Below are positions 15,766 to 24,115 of a DNA stretch of 25,534 nucleotides, one piece after another; the first letter of the stretch is position 1; every line of letters starts with the position of its first letter. The notes under the pieces are model-generated. The model was not told the DNA's origin and made no database searches. It saw only the letters and a list, made by a program, of their open reading frames with translations. This DNA is from a virus (Duplodnaviria > Caudoviricetes), in IMG/VR virus record IMGVR_UViG_3300032086_002300, positions 1 to 25,534 of that record; one strand, written 5' to 3'. The position numbers were made by a program, and so were the translations under genes.

Positions 15766-16752
15766 ATGATAGAACCAAGTGACCCAAAATACCAAACCGT
15801 GCGCCAATGGTGCCTCTCATGGCTGGAGCATATCGCCAAGCCGACCATCGCAAAAACTACCTACTGGCATTACCGCAACGCGCTAAACTTATTCCTAACG
15901 ACAATGGGAAAACGCGCAGACAAGCATCTGGAACAGTTGACCGTGCAAGACATTGCTTGGTTCCGGCAAGAGATGATCGAAGACGGATGCAGTCCTAAAT
16001 ACTGCAACATCGCTCTCAAGTCCATTCGTATACCCTTAAACCTAGCTTACAAGGTCGGACTAGTGAAGTACAACGTAGCAATGCTGATCAAGCTGCTACC
16101 AAGTCAAGCGACCGCCAGACGACCTTTTACCAAGGAGGAAATTGCTGACCTCCTAGATGCTGCGACCCCAGAGTGGAAAACGATTATCATGATCGCACTC
16201 TACACAGGTGCGCGTCTTCAAGATTGCGTCCAGATGCGATGGGAAGACGTAGACCTTCGCAGAGGCTTCTGGAACCTGACCCAGAAGAAGACAGGCAGAA
16301 AAGTCACCCTACCCCTGGCAGACCCTCTTTGGGATCACTTAGAGGAAGTCTTTAGAAATAGAGAAGACCCTCCTGCGGGACATGACTGGTATCATGGAGA
16401 GGACAAGGACTGGGTTCTGCCAACGATGAGAAGACGAAATAGCGGGAGCCGCAACGGACTCAGCAACGAATTTGTCAAGCTACTGAAAGAGGCAGCAATC
16501 GATCGAAAGCTGATGCGCCAATATAAGGCGAAGGTTTACGATGTCAGCTTTCACTCGTTTCGGCATACCTTCGACTCCATGCTCGCAAATAAGGGAGTGA
16601 CTAGGGAGGTTAGGGAAAAGCTTGGAGTCGCCAAGGGAGACACACATTTGGTCTACGAGCATATGGAAGGCGAGTTCCTTAGAGAAGCTGTCAATCGTCT
16701 GCCGGAGGTGCTGGAACCACCTCGTCATCACCCTGACGAAATAAATCCTTAA
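15766..16752 (+). CDS. int: Tyrosine recombinase/integrase
   Basis: SAM-like core-binding region, LYTGARLQD (R), QKKT (K), SFHSFRHT (HxxR) and VYEH (Y). ATG at 15766 is preferred because the upstream extension is antisense tRNA sequence. Confidence 0.9.
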   Translation: MIEPSDPKYQTVRQWCLSWLEHIAKPTIAKTTYWHYRNALNLFLTTMGKRADKHLEQLTVQDIAWFRQEMIEDGCSPKYCNIALKSIRIPLNLAYKVGLVKYNVAMLIKLLPSQATARRPFTKEEIADLLDAATPEWKTIIMIALYTGARLQDCVQMRWEDVDLRRGFWNLTQKKTGRKVTLPLADPLWDHLEEVFRNREDPPAGHDWYHGEDKDWVLPTMRRRNSGSRNGLSNEFVKLLKEAAIDRKLMRQYKAKVYDVSFHSFRHTFDSMLANKGVTREVREKLGVAKGDTHLVYEHMEGEFLREAVNRLPEVLEPPRHHPDEINP

Positions 16753-17212
16753 TGATCCGAGGCAGGTTGTCTGGAGTGCAGACTCGGATGTTCTCCATGT
16801 CGCGGATGGACTTCCATACCTGATGCTCTGGGTCGAGCTTGTACGGGATCAGAAAGATCACAGGACGATTGCGACGATCTCTATGAAGAATGCACCGCGC
16901 AAAAAGCTCGTGCAGACGGTCAAGAGTATTGGTGGCACCTAACACAATCACGGTTTCAAAGCTTTTGTTAACAATTTCTAGGTGTAGGTCGAAGTTATCT
17001 CCAGGTGGATTCTCAATGACCTCCATGTTACCTAGTTTATTAGCTAACACCCAGCGCACGTCTTGTATGAATGTACCAGACGCGAGAGTACGTGCTGCGC
17101 CGATTGCAGAGGCAACGACCTGTGACTTGGAGCGTCCAGTTTCCTTTGCTTGTTTATCCAGCCACTCAGAGTCTTCGAGCAGGATGGAGAACGACCTAGT
17201 GACTGTTTTCAT
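16691..17212 (-). CDS. Ribbon-helix-helix (CopG-like) regulator with C-terminal alpha/beta domain; probable immunity repressor
   Basis: MKTVTRSFSILLEDSEWLDKQAKETGRSKSQVVASAI has the RHH pattern; the only credible minus-strand gene; lies between int and the early operon. Start moved to ATG at 17212. Confidence 0.7.
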   Translation of the reverse strand: MKTVTRSFSILLEDSEWLDKQAKETGRSKSQVVASAIGAARTLASGTFIQDVRWVLANKLGNMEVIENPPGDNFDLHLEIVNKSFETVIVLGATNTLDRLHELFARCILHRDRRNRPVIFLIPYKLDPEHQVWKSIRDMENIRVCTPDNLPRIIKDLFRQGDDEVVPAPPADD

Positions 17213-17265
17213 GGTGCATAGAATGGAGAAAACTATACCCCATGCAACTTTTTTTATTTTCCCTC

Positions 17266-17293
17266 TTGACCAATAGTTTCCTATTAGTACGTT
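17266..17293 (+). promoter_or_regulatory. Putative early promoter with operator-like inverted repeat
   Basis: TTGACC (17266) and TACGTT (17288) with a 16-bp spacer containing AATAG-tttc-CTATT (17272..17285); AT-rich divergent intergenic region. Confidence 0.5.
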
Positions 17294-17324
17294 TGGAGAA
17301 TAAATTACACCTTTTTTTATTAGA

Positions 17325-17507
17325 ATGCCCAGAAATCGCCTACCTTTACACTTAAAGAGATGCAAACACAGCATCTCCCTAAGCCCAGCGAAATGGGCAG
17401 TATTTAAAGACACCTGTCACGAACTAGGACAGTCCGCTTCCTCGCAGATCGAGCGACTGATGGACTCTTGGTTGCGGAGGCAGAAAACAAACAACCCGAA
17501 CCACTAA
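17325..17507 (+). CDS. Small RHH-like DNA-binding protein in the Cro position
   Basis: KHSISLSPAKWAVFKDTCHELGQSASSQIERLMDSWL fits strand-helix-(G-x-S)-helix. Confidence 0.65.
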   Translation: MPRNRLPLHLKRCKHSISLSPAKWAVFKDTCHELGQSASSQIERLMDSWLRRQKTNNPNH

Positions 17508-17514
17508 ATCGAAC

Positions 17515-18120
17515 ATGGAACCAACCCCCTACCAAACCCTCGCCGCTATTGATGTCGGCGAACATATCGAGAGGAAAGGCAATCTGCAGTACCTCTCATG
17601 GGCATGGGCAGTCACTAAACTGCTCGAAGCCTACCCAGAAGCTTCTTGGACATTTGCCAAGTCAATCCGAGGCAATGAGTTCTTTGCCTACGAGGATGGA
17701 ACAGGCGAAGTCCGCTGCACCGTGAAGATAGGCGAAATCGAGCGCACCTGTTCTTTGCCTGTCATGGATCACCGCAACAACGCGGTGCAAAACCCTAACG
17801 CCAGACAGGTCAATGACACGAAGCAGCGTTGCCTCGCCAAGGCAATCGCCCTGCACGGACTTGGCTTATATATCTACGCAGGCGAAGATGTCCCTCAGAA
17901 ACCAGCGGAGCAGTCTGGCGAGTGGGATAAGTTCTTGGACGCCATAAATGGACACCGTGATGAAGTCTTAGACTTTTTACGCGCCAAAGGTGCGCTTGGT
18001 AAAGATCAAGACTTTGGAGATCTAACAGAAGGCTGGAGAAAGCACGCTATGGAGCGACCACAGGATCTCCTGCATAAAGCACGCGAACATTTTCTAGATA
18101 ATCAGGAGGTGCCAGTATGA
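17515..18120 (+). CDS. Single-strand annealing protein, Sak/DUF1071 (Rad52-like)
   Basis: YLSWAWA, LPVMDHRN and QRCLAKAIALHGLGLYIYAGED signatures. Confidence 0.9.
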   Translation: MEPTPYQTLAAIDVGEHIERKGNLQYLSWAWAVTKLLEAYPEASWTFAKSIRGNEFFAYEDGTGEVRCTVKIGEIERTCSLPVMDHRNNAVQNPNARQVNDTKQRCLAKAIALHGLGLYIYAGEDVPQKPAEQSGEWDKFLDAINGHRDEVLDFLRAKGALGKDQDFGDLTEGWRKHAMERPQDLLHKAREHFLDNQEVPV

Positions 18121-18470
18121 GCCTCCAAGAATTTTCTATAACGGGTACGGTTCACCACGTAGGTGATGTGCAAACACGAGGAGCAAAAGGCTTTCAAGTC
18201 CAGCAACTCGTGCTTGCCATCGCCGACGGGGAATACGAGCAGATGGTCGCCTTTGACGTCACAGGCAAAAAGGTGGAAATCCTCAGAGGTGTATCGGTCG
18301 GCATGGACGCGACTGTCCACTTCGATCTGAGGGGTCGCGAATGGCAAGGCAAGTTCTTTACGAACCTGCACGCATGGAAGGTGGAGGTGAAAAGTCCAGC
18401 CAGCGCAACAGCACCACTACCCCAGCCTACTCCAGAGAGTGAAGACAAAGACATGGAGGTGCCTTTCTGA
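18117..18470 (+). CDS. SSB-like OB-fold protein (DUF3127-like)
   Basis: VHFDLRGREWQGKFFTNLHAWKVE and an acidic tail ending EVPF; follows the annealase. Confidence 0.85.
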   Translation: MSLQEFSITGTVHHVGDVQTRGAKGFQVQQLVLAIADGEYEQMVAFDVTGKKVEILRGVSVGMDATVHFDLRGREWQGKFFTNLHAWKVEVKSPASATAPLPQPTPESEDKDMEVPF

Positions 18471-18754
18471 TGGCATACTTTAACACACTCCACGAACCCG
18501 AGGATCAAGTCTGGATTATCCACGATGGCGGACTGTTTCGAGCAGTCGTTCAGAAGGTGATGATTGAGGTGATGAAGCCAGAAACGATCAAGACTGTCTT
18601 TATCTGCGACACAGGCAAAGAGGTCATCGCTGTCGGTGCTAACGATATTGCACACGCTGACAAAGACACACCTCCGCATGACCTGATTGCTCGCTATGAG
18701 GAAAGTCTACCTGACTACCTTAAAACCGAGGCTAGACTGGAGGCAGTAGCATGA
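18470..18754 (+). CDS. Hypothetical protein
   Basis: TGATG overlap and GGAGG upstream. Confidence 0.65.
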   Translation: MAYFNTLHEPEDQVWIIHDGGLFRAVVQKVMIEVMKPETIKTVFICDTGKEVIAVGANDIAHADKDTPPHDLIARYEESLPDYLKTEARLEAVA

Positions 18755-19020
18755 GTCAATACTACTGGCAGCACTACAAGACCGACCAAGAGCGCAAACT
18801 GACACGCGCTCGGATCGAGGAAGCAGTCTGGGCATGGCATCTACGTAAAGAAGCCTTTCGCCAGACTCCACACGGAGAGAGTCGCAAGTTACTTCGTGAA
18901 CTCTCCAGCATCAAGCGAGTCGCCACAGACTTCGGCATGAGCGCACAAACCCTTCTGACCTATAAGGGACGCATGATCCTTGAAGGCAGACTTCCAGAAC
19001 CCGAACCCACAGATAAATGA
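18751..19020 (+). CDS. Hypothetical protein, possible HTH
   Basis: SIKRVATDFGMSAQTL is HTH-like; ATGA overlap and GGAGG upstream. Confidence 0.55.
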   Translation: MSQYYWQHYKTDQERKLTRARIEEAVWAWHLRKEAFRQTPHGESRKLLRELSSIKRVATDFGMSAQTLLTYKGRMILEGRLPEPEPTDK

Positions 19021-19769
19021 ACCAGATCCCCCGTTATATTATAGACATTGAAACAGGTGCGGACTTCCGCGCCGTGCAGGAGTTCCTGCCACCCTATCCT
19101 GCCTTTGACCCTTCCACGGTCGCAACTGGCAACCTGAAAGACCCAGACAAGATACAGGCAAAGATCGAAGCCAGCGCACACAAGCACCGTGCTGATGAAG
19201 AAAAGGCAGCGCACGACTTCCGCGATGGAGCCGCCTTACACGCTTGGACGGGCGAAGTGCTTGCGGTCGGTATCCAACTACCAACAGGCGAGCAAAGAAT
19301 CATCCACGGAGACGAGCGCGACATCCTAACCAATACTTGGGCATATCTCCAGAAAGCGATGGACGACTTTGCCCAGATCGTCGGCTTCAACATCAAGGAT
19401 TTCGACATTCCTTTCCTAGTCCGCCGAGGCTGGAAGTATGGGATTCGTCCACCTGTTCATTTTATGAGCAAGGACAGATACTTGCACTCGTCATTTATTG
19501 ACTTACGCGACAAGTGGGCAGTTGGAGAGTTCCGACCCAAGGGAAGCTTGGACACAGTCGCAAGGCACTTAGGTGTCACCACAAAGCCTTCTGACTTCTC
19601 TGGTAAAGACTTTGCAGACGCATGGAGGTCAGGAGACCCTTCAGAGGTCAAGAGAGCGCGGAAGTACCTTTTTAATGACCTTACCATGACCGCAGAAGTC
19701 GCCGAGGTCATTCTGGGTAAGCCTAAAGTAGTCACCGAAAGCAACCCAATGGAGGAACTGACAGCATGA
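19017..19769 (+). CDS. DEDD 3'-5' exonuclease (PolB-exo/RNase H-like fold)
   Basis: IIDIET (ExoI), VGFNIKDFDIPFL (ExoII), SLDTVARHLG and YLFND (ExoIII). Confidence 0.88.
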   Translation: MNQIPRYIIDIETGADFRAVQEFLPPYPAFDPSTVATGNLKDPDKIQAKIEASAHKHRADEEKAAHDFRDGAALHAWTGEVLAVGIQLPTGEQRIIHGDERDILTNTWAYLQKAMDDFAQIVGFNIKDFDIPFLVRRGWKYGIRPPVHFMSKDRYLHSSFIDLRDKWAVGEFRPKGSLDTVARHLGVTTKPSDFSGKDFADAWRSGDPSEVKRARKYLFNDLTMTAEVAEVILGKPKVVTESNPMEELTA

Positions 19770-19960
19770 GCGAACTACTGAAAAAACTGTCAGCTTATAA
19801 CTTCAAGCCAGAGGAAGTTGTGCCAGAACCGATCCGCGACGAAGTCACCGCAGTCCTGTCGGCTGAGAGCGAGCAGATCAAAACGGTGGCAAACTTGATT
19901 CGCCAAGAACTACGTCTTCGGGCAAAAAGAGACGTTAAGGCAGAGGATGTCGCCGCATGA
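19766..19960 (+). CDS. Hypothetical protein
   Basis: ATGA overlaps at both ends; GGAGG upstream. Confidence 0.6.
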   Translation: MSELLKKLSAYNFKPEEVVPEPIRDEVTAVLSAESEQIKTVANLIRQELRLRAKRDVKAEDVAA

Positions 19961-20826
19961 AGAGGTTCACCGAGACAGACAAGTGGACAGACAACTTCTT
20001 TGCCGACCTTCTCCCTGTTGAAAAGCTGGCATGGTTGTACATTCTAGACAACTGCGACGCGGCAGGAGTTATTGAGGTACCAGGTAAGGTCGCAAACTTC
20101 TTAATCGGTGAAAATATCGACTGGGAAGCCTTCATGCTGACCCTTGCAGACCTCGGAAAATTGCAACAAATCGAGAACCGCAAGTTCTGGGTGACTAACT
20201 TTCTAAGGGTACAGCATCGAGGTGGCATCTCAGCAACTGCGCCGAAACACGCCTATGTTCGGCAGTCAATAAGTAGGTACAACCTACCAGTATCCATTCA
20301 AGATTCTGTACACAGTACCAACTCAGTACCTACTAAGAAGCAACCAAGTACCAACCGAGTACCTACTGAGTACGTACCCAGTACGTACAAGGATAAGGAT
20401 AAGGATAAGGATAAGGATAAGGATAAGGGGATAGCTAAGGGGAAAAAGACTTTGCTCCCTAACGACTGGCAACCCAAGAACCCAGAGTACGCCGCCGAAC
20501 ATGGACTCGACCCACAAGGTGCAATCTTTGAGTTCAAAGACTGGGCGACCCGCCGAGGTAAGAAGTACACCAACTGGGAGCAGACATTTCAGCACGCTTG
20601 TCGCAACTGGCTCCAAGACCACAAGATTGCCAAGGTAACACCGACCACCGCAAGACCCCAGAAGGCAAGCGACCGCTGCAAAGCTGAAGGCAAACAGGAG
20701 GAGTTTGCTGCATACATCGCAGAACACTTCCCCCAAGCAAAGGATCGTAACGCCTTCCCCGAGGTCATGTATGAAGCCTTTTACGACCCTCAAGTCCACA
20801 ACCGCATAACAAGGGTGGCAGTATGA
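19957..20826 (+). CDS. Replication initiator (replisome organiser)
   Basis: MKRFTETDKWTDNFFADL...WLYILDNCDAAG N-terminus, internal iterons and (DK)n linker, C-terminal FKDW...NWEQTF; precedes DnaB. Confidence 0.8.
   Translation: MKRFTETDKWTDNFFADLLPVEKLAWLYILDNCDAAGVIEVPGKVANFLIGENIDWEAFMLTLADLGKLQQIENRKFWVTNFLRVQHRGGISATAPKHAYVRQSISRYNLPVSIQDSVHSTNSVPTKKQPSTNRVPTEYVPSTYKDKDKDKDKDKDKGIAKGKKTLLPNDWQPKNPEYAAEHGLDPQGAIFEFKDWATRRGKKYTNWEQTFQHACRNWLQDHKIAKVTPTTARPQKASDRCKAEGKQEEFAAYIAEHFPQAKDRNAFPEVMYEAFYDPQVHNRITRVAV
20314..20390 (+). repeat. Seven 11-bp iterons (consensus AGTACSWACNN); probable replication origin
   Basis: agtaccaactc agtacctacta agaagcaacca agtaccaaccg agtacctactg agtacgtaccc agtacgtacaa. 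Confidence 0.8.
20391..20426 (+). repeat. (GGATAA)6 perfect microsatellite encoding (DK)6
   Basis: Read directly; abuts the iterons. Confidence 0.95.
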
Positions 20827-22097
20827 GGATACTGGACAACATTGCAGACCACGACTCTGAAGCTGGTTTTCTAGCATCCTGCACTAAGGGAGAAGCGACC
20901 CCTCTGGTGGAAGCTTACGACAGAGTCAGAGACGACTTCTTTACCACTACCCGCCACCAACTAATCTGGGAGACCCTCAAGCAGATCGACGTAGATGAGT
21001 GTGACGAGCTTAGAGTCCTCCAAAAGATGGGACAGGCTAAGATGGACGAAGCTGGCGGTAGGGACGCAGTCTGGTCAGTTCTTCACTCAGTCGACACTAG
21101 CATCCATTTTAAGGGATACCTTGAGAGTATCGAGAAGCACGCCAAGCTGCGCCAACTACGGCAAGCAAGTCTGGAGACTATCGAGGCAATAAACGACGAC
21201 CAAGACCCTGACCTTCTCACCGAGAAACTAGACGCCGCCCTCCTAAAGCTTAGAACCGACGACCAAGATAACTGTCTAACAGCCAAAGAAGTTCTTGAAG
21301 CAGGATTAGCTGACATTGAAGCACGCGCCGCAGGTAAGTCGCAAGGTGTACTCTCTGGGATACACGAGTTTGACACAATTACCAAGGGACTAAAAGCAAA
21401 CGAACTTGCAGTTCTTGCAGCTCGCCCATCAGTCGGAAAGACCGCCTTTGCTCTGACCTACGCCCTAAACGCATCAATCAGGCAAAACCAAACGACTGTC
21501 TTTTTCAGTCTTGAAATGAATGCGTCCAGCTTAGGCACGCGACTGATCGCATCCGAGGGACGTATGGACATCGAGTACCTTCTCAGCGGCTTAGCGACAC
21601 CAGTCCAGCTCTCTACCTTAAGCAGAGCAAAAGAAGACATCGCACAAGCTTCTCTGTACGTAGTTGACCGAGCTTTCATTAGCGTTGCACAAATGCGAGC
21701 ACGTTGCCGACTTATCAAGCAACAGCAAGGACTTGGTCTCGTCATCATAGACTACTGCCAGCTAGTACAACCTGCCGACCGCAAGCTTCCACGCGAACAA
21801 CAGATCGCCCAGATCAGCAGAGACCTAAAAGCACTTTCCAAAGACTTAGAGGTTCCTGTTGTACTACTGGCACAACTAAACCGAGAAGCCGACAGCATGG
21901 AACCAAAACTCTCGATGCTACGCGAGTCTGGTGCATTAGAGCAGGACGCTGATCAAGTTTACTTTCTACACAGACCCGAAAAGGAGAACCGCAGCCGCAT
22001 CGACATCATTGTCGCCAAGAATCGCAACGGCAGATGCGGACACGTAGAGACCGAGTTTTGTGGAGCCACGCAAACATTTACGGAGGTCAGGACATGA
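20823..22097 (+). CDS. dnaB: Replicative DNA helicase, DnaB family
   Basis: AARPSVGKT, FFSLEM, IIDYCQL, LAQLNR, LRESGALEQDAD and AKNRNG motifs. Confidence 0.97.
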   Translation: MRILDNIADHDSEAGFLASCTKGEATPLVEAYDRVRDDFFTTTRHQLIWETLKQIDVDECDELRVLQKMGQAKMDEAGGRDAVWSVLHSVDTSIHFKGYLESIEKHAKLRQLRQASLETIEAINDDQDPDLLTEKLDAALLKLRTDDQDNCLTAKEVLEAGLADIEARAAGKSQGVLSGIHEFDTITKGLKANELAVLAARPSVGKTAFALTYALNASIRQNQTTVFFSLEMNASSLGTRLIASEGRMDIEYLLSGLATPVQLSTLSRAKEDIAQASLYVVDRAFISVAQMRARCRLIKQQQGLGLVIIDYCQLVQPADRKLPREQQIAQISRDLKALSKDLEVPVVLLAQLNREADSMEPKLSMLRESGALEQDADQVYFLHRPEKENRSRIDIIVAKNRNGRCGHVETEFCGATQTFTEVRT

Positions 22098-22414
22098 GCA
22101 AGACCAGTCGCAACAAAGGCAAACGAGGAGAACGCGAACTCGCGCACCTTCTTAACGATAACGGATTCCCAGCCAAGCGAGGACAACAGTTTGCCGGAGG
22201 ATCTAACTCCCCTGACGTAATTAGCGAGGACTTTCCTTTCCATATCGAATGCAAGCGCGTCGAACGCTTAGACCTCTACGGAGCCATGACGCAAGCAATC
22301 GGAGACGCAGGAGACAAACCTCCATGCGTAGCACACCGCCGCAACAACTCCGAATGGTTGTTCACCTGTCGCCTGACCGACCTGCTCGAACTCTTAACCA
22401 ACCGAGACCAATGA
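22094..22414 (+). CDS. Holliday junction resolvase-like PD-(D/E)XK nuclease
   Basis: SRNKGKRGERE, PDV and IECKR; ATG at 22094 overlaps the DnaB stop. Confidence 0.8.
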   Translation: MSKTSRNKGKRGERELAHLLNDNGFPAKRGQQFAGGSNSPDVISEDFPFHIECKRVERLDLYGAMTQAIGDAGDKPPCVAHRRNNSEWLFTCRLTDLLELLTNRDQ

Positions 22415-22485
22415 CTGAACTCGCCTTGATGTACTTTATCGCTGGAGGAATGGGCATCGTCCTCCTGGCATACGCAACACGATAA
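22411..22485 (+). CDS. 24-aa single-TM peptide
   Basis: MTELALMYFIAGGMGIVLLAYATR; ATGA overlap with the upstream stop. Confidence 0.45.
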   Translation: MTELALMYFIAGGMGIVLLAYATR

Positions 22486-22498
22486 CCCCGATGAGACA

Positions 22499-22618
22499 AT
22501 GAAGACCAAAATAAAGACCGAAATAAATACCATCCTATTCTACGCGCTTGGCGTGCTAACCATCACCGCAACAGGGTTCCTTTTAGGACTTGCCTACGTT
22601 GCAAGGTTCGCAGCCTAG
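22499..22618 (+). CDS. 39-aa single-TM peptide, not in the ORF track
   Basis: MKTKIKTEINTILFYALGVLTITATGFLLGLAYVARFAA; its TAG overlaps the next GTG. Confidence 0.55.
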   Translation: MKTKIKTEINTILFYALGVLTITATGFLLGLAYVARFAA

Positions 22619-23052
22619 TGCCAAACTTTAGCAAAGTTTACGACCTTAGCGAAGCTTGGTTGTCCGAACTGGATACACCCATAGCCGATCCAGAAATCTA
22701 CTTCGACGAAGAAGGTCAAGAGTCCGCGCTGACTATCATGGGGCATCTCCTCCGCGAGATTCTCTACTGGTTGACTGAAGGCAACAGGAACCGAGGAGGT
22801 TACGCCACTACGGTCGCACGCAAGACCATCGCTATGGCATGGGTACTTAGACCCGAAATCTTTGACGGTGCTTCCCTGACCGCCATTTGTGCAGCCAAAG
22901 GTATAGACTTAAACCCTAAAGCCTTCTCGGTCTACGCAACCCAGTTCTCAGACAGGTTCGGCATCCGGCACGCAGGACAGAAGACACCAGAGGCGCGAAT
23001 CAAATACGCCGCCGCACAACTCAACCTTCACAAGAAAGACGCGAAGAAATGA
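22618..23052 (+). CDS. Hypothetical protein with possible C-terminal HTH (late regulator candidate)
   Basis: GASLTAICAAKGIDLNPKAFSVYATQF is HTH-like; sits after the resolvase, where lambdoid late regulators often lie. Confidence 0.5.
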   Translation: MPNFSKVYDLSEAWLSELDTPIADPEIYFDEEGQESALTIMGHLLREILYWLTEGNRNRGGYATTVARKTIAMAWVLRPEIFDGASLTAICAAKGIDLNPKAFSVYATQFSDRFGIRHAGQKTPEARIKYAAAQLNLHKKDAKK

Positions 23053-23471
23053 ACGCACGCCTAGTTTACTTATGTGGTGCAATTCATGAAGCTCCAGACG
23101 CAACAGCACGAAACTGGAGGAACCACGCAAAAAAAGCTCTTAACAAAAAAAACATCATGACTGTCAATCCGATGGACAATGATTGTCGTGGTCGAGAGGC
23201 AAGGTTTCAAAAGCAACTTGTCGAAAAGGATAAAAACTGGATTACCGAATGTGACACCCTCCTAGTGCATTGCCCAGAGCCTAGCTTCGGCACAGCAATG
23301 GAAATCTATTTTGCTTGGAGTTTGCATAAGCAAATTGTGTGCGTCAGTCGCCACACTTCGCCTTGGTTGCACTATCACGCCACTAAAGTCTTCGACGAAC
23401 TAGATGAAGCACTTGATTCGCTAATCTTTCCTACTAGTCCATTAGCAAGCTTTCGGGGCTACATCGAATGA
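23049..23471 (+). CDS. Nucleoside 2-deoxyribosyltransferase / nucleotide N-glycosidase family protein
   Basis: VYLCGAI, NPM, DKNWITECDTLLV and SFGTAMEIYFA (catalytic Glu motif GTxxE). Confidence 0.85.
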   Translation: MNARLVYLCGAIHEAPDATARNWRNHAKKALNKKNIMTVNPMDNDCRGREARFQKQLVEKDKNWITECDTLLVHCPEPSFGTAMEIYFAWSLHKQIVCVSRHTSPWLHYHATKVFDELDEALDSLIFPTSPLASFRGYIE

Positions 23472-24115
23472 TTGTAATGCCCTCCAATAATTCCAAGACC
23501 ATCGTCCACTACTGGGCAGGTCGTGGGTATAATGTAGGATGGTTGTTCACTCCAGAAGGCACAAAGGTCAGAGACATTGTCCCTTGGTTGCCATACGCCA
23601 TCGATAATGGCAGATATTCAGTTTGGGCAAAAGGCGCACAATGGAACGAACGAGCATTTCTTTCCATGTTGGAGTTTTACCAGACTCAGACACAGCAACC
23701 TAACTTTGTAGCAGTCCCCGATACGGTAAGCGACCGAGATCAGACACTTAGAGACTGGCAAGAATGGTATCCACTACTGAAGAGGTCGTTTGATTACGAC
23801 TTTGCTTTCGTAGTGCAGGATGGCATGACTCCTGACGACGTACCTACCGAGGCAGACTTGATATTCGTAGGAGGAACATTCAAATGGAAATGGCAGACTG
23901 TTTCTGATTGGGCATCAAGCTTTGATCGCGTCCATGTTGGAGCCGTAAACACGCAAAGACACCTACACTATTGCGCTGACCTCCTAGTAGAATCGGTTGA
24001 TGGCACAGGTTGGTTCCGGCATCCTAGCCGCACCGCAGAGTTAGATCAGTTTTTTAAGCAGAACGCAGGTGAGGTAGATATACCTAAACAGCCACAAATG
24101 GAGTTTGCCCTATGA
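23468..24115 (+). CDS. Compact TGT/DpdA-like (transglycosylase-fold) protein
   Basis: Ordered motifs IDNG, VPD, FVVQDG, FVGG, VHVG and ESVDGT parallel the TGT motifs DSGG, LD, xVQG, IGG, HxxG and DxxD. Confidence 0.6.
   Translation: MIVMPSNNSKTIVHYWAGRGYNVGWLFTPEGTKVRDIVPWLPYAIDNGRYSVWAKGAQWNERAFLSMLEFYQTQTQQPNFVAVPDTVSDRDQTLRDWQEWYPLLKRSFDYDFAFVVQDGMTPDDVPTEADLIFVGGTFKWKWQTVSDWASSFDRVHVGAVNTQRHLHYCADLLVESVDGTGWFRHPSRTAELDQFFKQNAGEVDIPKQPQMEFAL

Noticed and set aside
17213-17413. N-terminal extension of the minus-strand regulator as given in the track (240 aa)
   Set aside because: It spans the AT-rich control region and overlaps the divergent gene; the RHH domain begins at ATG 17212.
20314-20426. 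Iteron/hexamer array as a mini-CRISPR
   Set aside because: The periods of 11 and 6 bp leave no unique spacers, and the location inside the initiator gene fits an origin.
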